Of a stretch of 26,679 bases of DNA, positions 1 to 9,090 are shown one piece after another. This DNA is from a virus (taxonomy: Duplodnaviria; Caudoviricetes). Under the pieces are notes generated by a model. It saw only the letters and a list, made by a program, of their open reading frames with translations. It was not told where the DNA came from and made no database searches. The position numbers and the translations under genes are program-made. Location of the stretch: IMG/VR virus record IMGVR_UViG_3300028610_001401, positions 1-26,679 of that record. One strand, given 5' to 3'. Within the stretch, counting starts at the first letter, position 1. Every line of letters starts with the position of its first letter.

Positions 1-1024
1 CAAGGGTCTTCATGGCATTAGTACCTCCGGCACTGCCATACATGGGGCCAGTACCTCCGGGTGGGGCATATATGGCGAGAGTACCTCTTCCTGGTGCGGT
101 TACTTTTATCGGAATGTGTCAGACCCGACAGTGAATGATGAAGTCGTAAGAATTCATCAAGCACATGCTGGATGCTCTAAAGACGCTGCCAGAATCTATC
201 AAACTGGAACCGGAAGTATATTGCAGCTATACGATGGCGCGGCACTTGTGGCCGACTTCAAGGACGCTGGAGACGTTGATCTTGTTGGGGACGTGGAAAT
301 AACCGGAGACCTAGACGTAACAGGAACGATTACTGGCATAGTTGCTGGAGGAAACCCTGGAGACGACGTTGCTTTTGAATTCGGTGATGAGCCTGATTAT
401 TGGTTCGTGTACAATTCTGGTGGCACAATTTTTGAGTTTTGGACCTCAGACTCGGATGGAGGCGGGGCGGATGCCGTAGTGTGGTCAGTGGATGATGGAA
501 CAAAGGAGACTAACTTCTTTGGTGATGTCGATGTGACTGGGGTGTTCACTTGTGATGGGCTAGGAAGTGTCAATACTGGTGCCGGAACCGGCGCATCAGG
601 AACAAGTGACGCGGGCAAGGGCCTTTACGGAATTAGTACTTCTGGAGATGCGGTCTATGGACATAGCATATCCGGAAGAGGTATATACGGGGAGAGTCAC
701 GAATCATTCTGTGGATACTTCTACCGAAATATATCAGACCCAAGTGTAGATGATGAAGTTGTTCGGATTCATCAAGCACATGCTGGATGCTCTAAAGACG
801 CTGCTCGTATTTACCAGACTGGGACCGGGAGTATCTTACAACTGTTTGACGGGGCGTCGCTCGAAGTTGATTTCAAAGATGGCGGGGATGTTGACTTTAC
901 GAGCATCGTCAAAGCGGGTGGCTACAAGTCATCGGACGGCACCGCAGGCGCGACTTCGGAATATGCGCTGGACGGTGGCGGAACCCTTTCTGTCAAAAAC
1001 GGCCTCGTTACGGGGTACGCATAA
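1..1024 (+). CDS. Tail fibre / receptor-binding-like virion protein, C-terminal part (5' truncated by window edge)
   Basis: The frame is open from nt 2 (KGLHGISTSGTAIHGASTSGWGIYGES...), so the GTG at 116 is internal. Gly/Asp/Thr-rich beta-repeat sequence (GxSxSG repeats, GDVEITGDLDVTG). The C-terminal ...LSVKNGLVTG is typical of fibre ends. It contains a ~95-aa internal duplication. Confidence 0.65.
   Translation, partial: KGLHGISTSGTAIHGASTSGWGIYGESTSSWCGYFYRNVSDPTVNDEVVRIHQAHAGCSKDAARIYQTGTGSILQLYDGAALVADFKDAGDVDLVGDVEITGDLDVTGTITGIVAGGNPGDDVAFEFGDEPDYWFVYNSGGTIFEFWTSDSDGGGADAVVWSVDDGTKETNFFGDVDVTGVFTCDGLGSVNTGAGTGASGTSDAGKGLYGISTSGDAVYGHSISGRGIYGESHESFCGYFYRNISDPSVDDEVVRIHQAHAGCSKDAARIYQTGTGSILQLFDGASLEVDFKDGGDVDFTSIVKAGGYKSSDGTAGATSEYALDGGGTLSVKNGLVTGYA
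2..900 (+). repeat. Two diverged in-frame copies of a ~95-codon module (about 2-290 and 617-900, offset 615 nt)
   Basis: KGLHGISTSG...CGYFYRNVSDPTVNDEVVRIHQAHAGCSKDAARIYQTGTGSILQLYDGA vs KGLYGISTSG...CGYFYRNISDPSVDDEVVRIHQAHAGCSKDAARIYQTGTGSILQLFDGA. A 38-nt core is identical at 152-189 and 767-804. Confidence 0.95.
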
Positions 1025-1026
1025 TA

Positions 1027-2280
1027 ATGGGCGGAGCATACACAGCAACACCAGCAGAAGAGACGCCGGCTGACTTGCCGCCGGGCTGGAATCTGACCTG
1101 GCCATATACGGGACCGTGGCCTCCGGGGTATGAGCCGGATCTTTCTCTGAGCCTTGATGCCACGGCAGTAATAAACCCGACTGATGTGGTTGCCACGTTG
1201 TCAGTGCTTACTGACCAAGGAAGCTATGTCACCGCTGAGCCATCTTCTCAGATTGTATGGAGTGCCAAGTGGGACGACACCAATGAAACCTTAGACTTGA
1301 GGCAAAGTGAGGGTACGTTCAGCCAGGAGGTTAGCCTGGATTACGCCGATGTCGGCGATAGTTTCTGGGGAGCCGACCCCATATTTTCGGTTGACGCAAG
1401 TGCGACCGATAACGGCCGAACGTTTACGCTGTCGGCAAACAGCTCCCCATTCGATGGACAGCGTGTTCTCGCTCAGGCGGTGGTCACGGTGACGGTAGGT
1501 TCAACGTGTGAGGTTGATCGGGAATATCAGCAACCGACTAGACCCGTAGCTCCAGAAATGGCAAACGATTGCATGGATTATGTTACGGATGGCATGCGTG
1601 TATTTGAAGAAAATACAGACTCTGGTCCAGGTGGATGGCCGCCTTATATAAACAAGAAAATTACGGATGGATGCGACACTCCTAGATTTTGGATGTGGAC
1701 ACGGTATCCCCGTTTGAATTTTGAGGGGGCGACCGTCGGTGTTATTGACAAGTATGGCTTTGCGCATCCTCCGTTGGGCGGCTATGATGGTGGATGGACT
1801 GGTACGCCACAGACTGGCAGTGGCGACGGAGACGACCATTGGTGGCTGATGCAGTTCTTGCAAGAGAGACCGGGTATCGAGGAAGATCCCACTAATACTA
1901 AGCCGATCTTTGGTACAATCCATTGGTCGGAAATTACGACGTGGTCAATCTTGACATGCCATTTAGAGCGTGCTGCGGATGGGGCTTGTATCGTCTGGGA
2001 GGAGCGGGATCATTGGAGCTGGACTCTTGAACAAAATGATTTATGTAACCCCGAAGATCGCCCTACCGTTTATGGCAACACCGATGTGTGCCGGGGTGTT
2101 CTTCCACCCTCCCCATGCACGAATTTAGCACAGGGTCCACCCTTCATGGAGCCTGGGGACACAGAGGTTCAGGAGGTTTCAAGCACATTGCCTGAAGAGG
2201 ACGAACCGTTGAGCACCGGAAGTAGTTTCTTCAAGACGTGGGGATATTATATTGACCAGATATTCCCGGATGGATACTAA
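1027..2280 (+). CDS. Hypothetical acidic virion/tail-associated protein (Pro/Trp N-terminus, beta-rich Ig-like middle, Cys/Trp-rich C-terminal domain)
   Basis: 417-aa ORF starting 2 nt after the fibre stop. The segment ending ...TFTLSANS...AQAVVTVTVG looks Ig-like. Function is inferred from position only. Confidence 0.55.
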   Translation: MGGAYTATPAEETPADLPPGWNLTWPYTGPWPPGYEPDLSLSLDATAVINPTDVVATLSVLTDQGSYVTAEPSSQIVWSAKWDDTNETLDLRQSEGTFSQEVSLDYADVGDSFWGADPIFSVDASATDNGRTFTLSANSSPFDGQRVLAQAVVTVTVGSTCEVDREYQQPTRPVAPEMANDCMDYVTDGMRVFEENTDSGPGGWPPYINKKITDGCDTPRFWMWTRYPRLNFEGATVGVIDKYGFAHPPLGGYDGGWTGTPQTGSGDGDDHWWLMQFLQERPGIEEDPTNTKPIFGTIHWSEITTWSILTCHLERAADGACIVWEERDHWSWTLEQNDLCNPEDRPTVYGNTDVCRGVLPPSPCTNLAQGPPFMEPGDTEVQEVSSTLPEEDEPLSTGSSFFKTWGYYIDQIFPDGY

Positions 2281-2495
2281 TGCCGCGGAGAAAAGCGCCA
2301 ATGGTCACGGTTACAGTCCGATCTCGTGGGCTCGGTGATACTGTGCGAAAGATAACAACTGCAATAGGCATTGCTAATGTTGTCAGTATCGTAGCGGCAG
2401 CGCTCAATGTTGATTGTGGATGTGAAGAACGACGGAAAAAGCTCAATGAACTTTTTCCATACTGTGTAGATACCGGAATAACGACCGAACAATAA
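2280..2495 (+). CDS. Small conserved phage protein with GLGD...CGC..R...LN motif
   Basis: SRGLGDTVRKIT.AIGI...DCGCEERRKKLNELFPY is a motif I recognise from many uncultured-phage hypothetical proteins. TAATG overlap with the upstream gene. Confidence 0.8.
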   Translation: MPRRKAPMVTVTVRSRGLGDTVRKITTAIGIANVVSIVAAALNVDCGCEERRKKLNELFPYCVDTGITTEQ

Positions 2496-2506
2496 GGAGC
2501 AGAAAC

Positions 2507-3130
2507 ATGAGTATAGGGCTGAGAGCGGCGTTTCGGACGCAGGGTAAAGGCATTGCAGGCCGTCAGGCGCAGACAGCAGCGAACACTGCTGCTACTCTGG
2601 CTTCAATCGAAGTTGCAAAGGTCGGCACGACAGCCGCAAAGCGACAGTTGCAGTGGGCTACTCAGGATCGAGCAGCAAACGTCGGTGCGGCGGCCGGGGT
2701 TGGTGATAGTATGCAGCAGATGATCGATAACTATAACCGTGCCTACGGCGAGGCTAAAGACGTGAACGAAGCCCGCTACCAGCAGCAACTGGGCATCGCC
2801 GATGCGACAACCGGCCAAAGGATGGCCGACGTGTCGAGCGCTTTCGGTCGACAGGGTTCTGATATCGCGCAGCGACTTGCCGGGCTCGGCATGTCAAATA
2901 CAACTGTTGCGCCGACTATGCAGCTTGGAGTTGAGCGAGAAAGACAATCGGCCCTCAATCGAACGGCTGATGAGATGCAACAGACGAAACTTGGAATCAT
3001 TGGAGCCAGGGAGGACAGGTTCCCTGATCTTGGTTCGCTTCAGTCGACACTGGCAGGAGCTGCATCTGGGAAAATGACCCCGCAGGTCGCGGCGATGCTG
3101 AAGGCATTTGGAAACATCAGGAGCGTTTAA
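2507..3130 (+). CDS. Putative internal virion / DNA-ejection protein (small)
   Basis: AAGGAG RBS. Ala/Gln/Gly-rich helical low-complexity sequence. First of three increasingly large genes after the tail genes. Confidence 0.6.
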   Translation: MSIGLRAAFRTQGKGIAGRQAQTAANTAATLASIEVAKVGTTAAKRQLQWATQDRAANVGAAAGVGDSMQQMIDNYNRAYGEAKDVNEARYQQQLGIADATTGQRMADVSSAFGRQGSDIAQRLAGLGMSNTTVAPTMQLGVERERQSALNRTADEMQQTKLGIIGAREDRFPDLGSLQSTLAGAASGKMTPQVAAMLKAFGNIRSV

Positions 3131-4212
3131 TGGCAATCAGAATAGAACGCGGTGGAAGTGGCAGCGATACGGCCGGACAAATCCTTGCCCAGGCTGGTCA
3201 AGGCGAAGCCAACCGCCAGCAACAGACGCTTCAGGCTTTATTGCAGCTCGCCGGTGCAGCACGCCCCGGCCCTGTCGGTGGCGGAGGCGGAGGCGGCGGA
3301 GGCGGGGCCGGATACGACGAAAGGGCGCTGGCTATCCAGAAGCTTAATAGTGCCCGGGCCATGAAGACGGAGGAGATCCAGGCCCAGGCTAAGCGAGACC
3401 AGCAGGCGGCCGACCAGGCGACTGCAAAGACAGCCGTGAAATTCGGGCTAGATGAGCAGGTTCGTGAGCAAGAGTTCGAGAACACGGTCAGGGAAAAGCA
3501 GGAAGCAGCAAGGCTTGAGGCCGAGAACTTCGATTATGAGTATTCTCAGAAGTCGAAGCAGAGAATTGCCAGGATCAATCAGGCAAGACAGACACTTCGC
3601 ACTAGCGAAGATTTCACCCCAGACGAGAAAGCAGATGGAGAACGGGAGTTGACTCGTCAACTGATGGGAATAACCCAGGATGCAATGCCGGCCGATCGGA
3701 ACAGGTGGAAGGGTGACCCCAGGAAAGCTCCCGGGAACGGGGAGACCTGGCAGGATGAAGATGGTAATACCATGACAACGGGGCCGGATGGAGTGCCGAA
3801 GCTCATCTTGCAATACAAACAAAGCCGTGCGTATCAGGAGCTAGAACTGAAAGCTGAGCGAGCACAAAAGGTCGAGGACAAGCAGGCTGAATTGCAATCC
3901 AGCCGACGGGACAGTTACATGGAACTCTTGACCGGCGAAGTAACGGAGACGATAGGCGGGATTGAAGAAAAGCGCAAGCGAACGTCAGGCGAGGCCCAGG
4001 AAATCATGGCTAAACTGGATGCTTTTGACGCCGTAGGGCATGGTGAAGCTCCCCAGACTTTACAGGCTCCACAGATGACGGCCGAGAATGCGGACGTGAT
4101 TTATGAGAGCCTCAATCCAGGTGACGAGTACATTGGTCCTGATGGACAGCGACGACGTAAGCCTGGCTTACTTCCGCAGCAACCGATACCGATGAATATT
4201 CCGCAGTTCTAA
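3130..4212 (+). CDS. Putative internal virion / DNA-ejection protein (medium), coiled coil with poly-Gly
   Basis: TAATG coupling. Gly10 run at 3277-3306 and Q/E/K/R-rich coiled coils. The C-terminal YESLNPGDEYIGPDGQRRRKP motif resembles those at the ends of phage injection-type proteins. Confidence 0.6.
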   Translation: MAIRIERGGSGSDTAGQILAQAGQGEANRQQQTLQALLQLAGAARPGPVGGGGGGGGGGAGYDERALAIQKLNSARAMKTEEIQAQAKRDQQAADQATAKTAVKFGLDEQVREQEFENTVREKQEAARLEAENFDYEYSQKSKQRIARINQARQTLRTSEDFTPDEKADGERELTRQLMGITQDAMPADRNRWKGDPRKAPGNGETWQDEDGNTMTTGPDGVPKLILQYKQSRAYQELELKAERAQKVEDKQAELQSSRRDSYMELLTGEVTETIGGIEEKRKRTSGEAQEIMAKLDAFDAVGHGEAPQTLQAPQMTAENADVIYESLNPGDEYIGPDGQRRRKPGLLPQQPIPMNIPQF

Positions 4213-4223
4213 AAGGAAAAGTA

Positions 4224-7200
4224 ATGGGCTGGAGAGACGGCGAGATCGTAGCTGGCACAGGGTCCTGGCAGGATGGTGAGCCCGTAAGAGTAGCGCCAAG
4301 TGGGCCTGGGTCCTGGCAAGGCGGCAGGATTGTGGAACCAGAACAGCCTGCACTTACTGAGGAGCAGAGGGAGCACTTCTTGCTGGCCGCCAAGAGAGAA
4401 GCGGCATTAGCTTCAGAATGGGAGAAGTCTAGTAAGTCGAATCTTCCAGGGTTTAGGTCCATGGCTATCCAGATGGGGGCAAACATTGCCTCGCCGGTTG
4501 CCAGGCTACTCGGTCAAGGTGAGCGAGCAGATCAACTGAATCGGCTGGCAACTGCTGCCGGGCAAGTTCAGGAAGAAAGGGAAAAAGGCGGGCCGATCCC
4601 AGACTGGCTGCAACGAGCCGCAAGGGGTGCCGGCGTGTCGATTGGAACTGCCGGAGCGGCAGGCATGTTCACGGGTCCATACGGTATTATCGGATCATTC
4701 TCTGCACAAGAAGGCAATCGAGCTTGGACTGAAGGGAAAGATGCTGGGCTCAAGGGCAAGAAGCTTGCTGAGTATGTCCTGAAGCAGGCTACGATCGAAG
4801 CCGTGCCAGCGCTTGTCATGCAGAAGTTGGGGTTGGGTGGCTTTGAAAAGATACTTGGTGGAAAACAGGCTGCTTCCGCTGGCTTGAGAGAAGGCTTTAA
4901 GCGAGCTGGACTGAATCTTGCGACGGAACTTCCTGAGGAGTTAGTAACAGAGCTTGCGCATAATTTTGAGTCTGCGTTTTCAGGCGTTGATCCGAACGCA
5001 ATGAGTGCCGAGAACATCCAGCAGACAGTCCTTGATACCGTTGCTCAGACCGTCCTTGCCATGGGCGCAGCCAGTGTGCCTAGCCTGGCAGCAGCACACA
5101 AAGAAGGGAAGGTTGGCAAGAAAGACAGAGCGAAGACTGCCCTTGTCGAGTCTGCTGAGTCCGGTGTGCCCATATCTCGTAAGCAGTGGCGAAAACTAGA
5201 CCTTCCAGAGAACGAGGGTCGCAGTCAGGCCGATCGTTTAGAGGCCGCAAAAGGGGCTTCCGCAGAGATTAGAGCGGCCGAGGCGGCAGCAATAGAACAG
5301 CAGGTACAGCCTGGAGCTGTCGAGGAGCTCACACAGGACCCCAGGCCCCCCCAGGAAGCCGCTCAGGCGACTCCGCAGGCAGAACCCGGCGAGCAGCCGG
5401 TCCAGCCTCCGGTGGCCCCAGAAGGCGGCTTGGGGGCCCCTCCAGTGCCGCCTGGTGAGACTGAGAGCCAGTCGTTCGAGGCCATGGTGGCCGCCTCGCC
5501 AGTACCCCCTCAAGAGTCGGCCCAGAGGAATCTTACCAAGCAGGTCTCCGCGGCTAAGCAGCCGATTGGCGAGGCGAAAGGTCTAGTCAAGGACGAGAAT
5601 GGGAGCATCTCAGTCCCGGTCGAGACGTTCGCGAAGGCATGGCGAGGGACAAAGACGCTGCTCAAGCGAGGTTTTGCCACAGGTGGACTGCTCCCAGAAG
5701 TCGTCCAGACAGTGAAACTACGGAAGGAGGGACAGCAGGCAAAGCTTTCGAGGCAGATCAGTGAAGCTCAAAGCGACTACAAGACCGCAGCAAAAGAGAC
5801 TTATGGAACCAAGAATCCGTCAGCCGTACACACCGAAGAAATCAGCGATGTGCTTGGTGGCAGGTCTGACATCAGCACGCTTCCTGATTCCATGCAGGAC
5901 TCAGTGGCTGCTATGCGATCTGGAATAGATGCCAGCTCTCGTGAGCTCATTCGATCCGGGGCCGTCCAGGGTGCGCTGGCGGCGATTGTCGCGAGGAATA
6001 CTGGAGTCTATCTGACCAGAACGTTCAGGGCATTTTCTGATCCGAAGTGGCCAAGCAAGGTTCCAGAGAAAGTGATGAACCGGGCGATTGCCCTGATACG
6101 GGCAGAGTATCCAGGCAAGACTGAGGCTGAAGTGCATGGGCTTATTGCGGCAATCCTTTATGAGGGCAAGGCGGCACAGACTCCGCTTGCCCTCATACGC
6201 AGGGCGTCGCTCGGTGCTAAGGATCTCGGCATCCTCAGGAAAAGAAATCTTGAGATACCGGAAGAGATCCTGGACTTGTTAGGCGAGAATCGTGATCCAC
6301 TTGTGAATTACACACAGAGCATGGCGAAGATTGGTAGCCTGATCGCCAACCACAAATTCCTGACGGAAGTTCGCGAGGCCGGCTTGGCTGGTGGATTCTT
6401 CAGCGAGGTGCCGACGGTCAATGAGTTCGGTGAGATGAAGACTAAGATTGCTAAGGAAGGCACCGCGTCAATGGAGCCACTCAGTGGACTCTACACGACG
6501 CCTGAGATTGCAGATGCGTTCATGCGGGCAACCGACCCAAAGAAAATCGGGCCGATCCTGCGGGCGTACTACAGATTAAACGCGCTGGTCAAGACATCTA
6601 AGACCGTCTATTCGCCGCAGGCGATCGTTAGGAACTTCATAGCCAACCCCCTGATCGCAATCAAGAACGGGCACATAGACCTCACCGGAGATTACCTCGG
6701 CCAGGCAAAAGACTTTTGGAAGGCGGTGAAGGCGACCGGGAAAGATATCACGCCAGACTGGGCGAAGCGTCTTTCTAATAGGGTTTTGCCACAATTTGTC
6801 AATAATCTCCTTGCTATGAATGAAAAGGAGTTCAGGGCATATATGTCCCGGGCTGCCGAGGCCGGCGTGATTGGGCACGATGTTATTGTTGGTGAGTTAA
6901 AGGCAACGCTGAAAGACGCTGGGCTATTTGGTGCAGACGCAGACATCGCAGGGGCGGACGCGCAGAGGCGCGGAAAAACACTCGCAGCATTTAGGGTGGC
7001 TGGGAAACAAGCAGTCAGTATCTATCAGGCTGGCGACTCAGTGTGGAAGCTTTTCGGCTGGAACCGCGAGATGAAGGCGTACCACAAGGCATACCCGGAC
7101 ATGCCTCAGGCGGAACTTGAACAGGCAGCCGCCGACATAGTGACTGATGTATACCCGACATACTCTAAGACGTCTGAGTTCGTTGGCTTAATGCGTAAGA

Positions 7201-8333
7201 ATATACTGACTGGATCGTTCGTCAGCTTTCCAGCCGAGATAATTCGCACATCGTTCAACACCATGGAGCTGACCCGTAAGGAAATGACATCGGACAATCC
7301 AGAGGTACAGAAGATTGGGTATCGCAGGCTTACTGGCATGATATCCGCTGCGACCATTTCGATTGGCGTGCCGATCATGTCAAGGTTTATTGCTGGAGTC
7401 TCAGCAGATGACGAAGACGACATGCGGAAGTTCATGCCAGAGTGGCAGAGGAACAGTCATGTTGTGCATCTTAGTAAATCTAAGGCCGGGAACAATCGCT
7501 ATATTGATATGTCGTATGCTGACCCGCATTCTATAATTGTGAAACCATTGAAGGCATTTTTTGCCGGCGCAAAAGAAGACGACATCAAAGCAGCATTCGA
7601 GGAGAGCTTCCGAGAATTCTTTGACCCGTTCATCAGCGAAGAGATTCTCATCAAGGCCCTGTCCGAAGCATGGCGAAATTCCAAGGGAGCCAACGGACTG
7701 GATGTCTACAATAAGGAAGACACTACATTTCAAAAAGGACTGACCATTGGACAGCATGTCGGCAGAGCATTCCTGCCCGGAGCAGCCGTTTCCGCAGAGA
7801 GGATCGGTCGCGGGATGGCCGGTAAAGTGGAGCGAACCGGCAAGGTTCGCGACCCAGCAATCGAGGCGATTTCTGTGGTGACGGGGCAACGGATTGAAGA
7901 GATGGACATTCGGCAGAATTTATCCTATATCTCCAGGAGCTTCAGCGGCAGCCTCCGAGACTCAGAAAGCATCTTTCGTAGCGTGGTCAATAATCGGGGG
8001 AGCGTTAGTGAGAGTTCGATCATCGCTGCGTATGAGCGGTCCGACAACGCACGCAGGGACGCATTTAAGGAGATGACTGAGGTTGCTAATGCTGCTGTGC
8101 GGCTCGGCGTACCAGCCGCAGAAGTGGTTACCATTATGAGGGAACAAGGGCTGACAAGCAATGATGTGGTGCGTGTGATGCGGGGGACATATGAACCATA
8201 TCAGCCGACAAAAGCGAGGCTCAAGACGATGCAGCGGTATAACCCCGGTGAATTTGCGGGGCGGCGTGAAGCCTGGGGCGCTGCATGGCAATCTGCCATC
8301 AATCCTGAGGCAGGCGAGCCGGCTGTACAGTAG
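4224..8333 (+). CDS. Large putative internal virion / DNA-transfer protein (1369 aa)
   Basis: AAGGA RBS. N-terminal W-x-x-G-x-x-V triple repeat, Gly/Ala hydrophobic helices, a Pro/Gln/Glu linker and a long helical C-terminal region. No catalytic motif recognised. Confidence 0.65.
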   Translation: MGWRDGEIVAGTGSWQDGEPVRVAPSGPGSWQGGRIVEPEQPALTEEQREHFLLAAKREAALASEWEKSSKSNLPGFRSMAIQMGANIASPVARLLGQGERADQLNRLATAAGQVQEEREKGGPIPDWLQRAARGAGVSIGTAGAAGMFTGPYGIIGSFSAQEGNRAWTEGKDAGLKGKKLAEYVLKQATIEAVPALVMQKLGLGGFEKILGGKQAASAGLREGFKRAGLNLATELPEELVTELAHNFESAFSGVDPNAMSAENIQQTVLDTVAQTVLAMGAASVPSLAAAHKEGKVGKKDRAKTALVESAESGVPISRKQWRKLDLPENEGRSQADRLEAAKGASAEIRAAEAAAIEQQVQPGAVEELTQDPRPPQEAAQATPQAEPGEQPVQPPVAPEGGLGAPPVPPGETESQSFEAMVAASPVPPQESAQRNLTKQVSAAKQPIGEAKGLVKDENGSISVPVETFAKAWRGTKTLLKRGFATGGLLPEVVQTVKLRKEGQQAKLSRQISEAQSDYKTAAKETYGTKNPSAVHTEEISDVLGGRSDISTLPDSMQDSVAAMRSGIDASSRELIRSGAVQGALAAIVARNTGVYLTRTFRAFSDPKWPSKVPEKVMNRAIALIRAEYPGKTEAEVHGLIAAILYEGKAAQTPLALIRRASLGAKDLGILRKRNLEIPEEILDLLGENRDPLVNYTQSMAKIGSLIANHKFLTEVREAGLAGGFFSEVPTVNEFGEMKTKIAKEGTASMEPLSGLYTTPEIADAFMRATDPKKIGPILRAYYRLNALVKTSKTVYSPQAIVRNFIANPLIAIKNGHIDLTGDYLGQAKDFWKAVKATGKDITPDWAKRLSNRVLPQFVNNLLAMNEKEFRAYMSRAAEAGVIGHDVIVGELKATLKDAGLFGADADIAGADAQRRGKTLAAFRVAGKQAVSIYQAGDSVWKLFGWNREMKAYHKAYPDMPQAELEQAAADIVTDVYPTYSKTSEFVGLMRKNILTGSFVSFPAEIIRTSFNTMELTRKEMTSDNPEVQKIGYRRLTGMISAATISIGVPIMSRFIAGVSADDEDDMRKFMPEWQRNSHVVHLSKSKAGNNRYIDMSYADPHSIIVKPLKAFFAGAKEDDIKAAFEESFREFFDPFISEEILIKALSEAWRNSKGANGLDVYNKEDTTFQKGLTIGQHVGRAFLPGAAVSAERIGRGMAGKVERTGKVRDPAIEAISVVTGQRIEEMDIRQNLSYISRSFSGSLRDSESIFRSVVNNRGSVSESSIIAAYERSDNARRDAFKEMTEVANAAVRLGVPAAEVVTIMREQGLTSNDVVRVMRGTYEPYQPTKARLKTMQRYNPGEFAGRREAWGAAWQSAINPEAGEPAVQ

Positions 8334-8397
8334 AATTTTTGTCATAATGAACGCTGATTAAACTGAAGAGAACGCTTCTTTTCCAGGGTGCCAGCAG

Positions 8398-8976
8398 ATG
8401 AAACCAGTCAATCTCTACGTCAAGCCAGGAGACATTATCGGCTTTAGCGGCAAGTCTCTGCGTAGCGATGCGATCAACATTGTAACTGGCGGCATTCCAA
8501 GATGGGGGATCAGTCATGTAGGAATTATTGGTGACCGTCACGGCAGTAGGTATCTTTTTGAGGCCTCGGACAAATTGAACTGGTGTGAAATTCGTCACGA
8601 GATGTCCCGTGGCGTTCAGGCTCACCTCCTGGACGATGTACTTGAAAGTTACAATGGTCGGGTATGGCACTACAGCCTTTATCGCAGGCTTTACCAACAC
8701 GAGGATTTTCGGCTGTCTGCGTTCCTGCATGGATCGCTTGGCACGCCGTACGATCGAGCAGGCGCAATTCAGTCCGGCGGATTCCTATGGGGGCTTCTCA
8801 ACTCGAAGCTGCGTGGCGAGTCGCTCACTGAAGATTTCTGTTCCGAGGTGTGTGCCGCCGCCGAGTCGCGCATCGGCATTTTTCCAACAACCAACGCAAG
8901 TCGTTGGAATCCTAACAAGCTGGTTCGTACAATGCGACGTGCCGGCCTCCTTCACCGTCCAATGAGGTTAAAATGA
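8398..8976 (+). CDS. Permuted papain-like NlpC/P60 enzyme (YiiX/YaeF, peptidase C92-like)
   Basis: KPGDIIGF at the N-terminus, SHVGI (catalytic His) before G-T-P-Y-D and FCSEV (catalytic Cys). His-before-Cys order is diagnostic of circularly permuted NlpC/P60. Confidence 0.88.
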   Translation: MKPVNLYVKPGDIIGFSGKSLRSDAINIVTGGIPRWGISHVGIIGDRHGSRYLFEASDKLNWCEIRHEMSRGVQAHLLDDVLESYNGRVWHYSLYRRLYQHEDFRLSAFLHGSLGTPYDRAGAIQSGGFLWGLLNSKLRGESLTEDFCSEVCAAAESRIGIFPTTNASRWNPNKLVRTMRRAGLLHRPMRLK

Positions 8977-9047
8977 GTAAAGTCAACTGTCTTGTTACTG
9001 CTATCGTCAAGTTTCTGAAAAGTCTGGCCTCGATCAAGAAATCGTAA
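8973..9047 (+). CDS. Unannotated 24-aa cationic amphipathic peptide MSKVNCLVTAIVKFLKSLASIKKS
   Basis: ATGA overlap with the NlpC/P60 stop and GAGG just upstream. 5 Lys, no acidic residues, hydrophobic residues at i/i+3/i+4 spacing. Below the ORF-track size cutoff. Confidence 0.55.
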   Translation: MSKVNCLVTAIVKFLKSLASIKKS

Positions 9048-9090
9048 CCGGACGTTCCCAAGTTCTTTTCGTAAGAAGAGAGGAGACACT

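Noticed and set aside
2-900. Diversity-generating retroelement TR/VR pair in the tail fibre
   Set aside because: Differences between the copies involve all bases and are mostly synonymous rather than adenine-specific. Both copies lie in one ORF, and there is no reverse transcriptase in the window.
4224-8333. Virion RNA polymerase or tape-measure protein
   Set aside because: No DxDGD or T7-type polymerase motifs and no periodic tape-measure repeats are seen. The context fits an ejection protein better.
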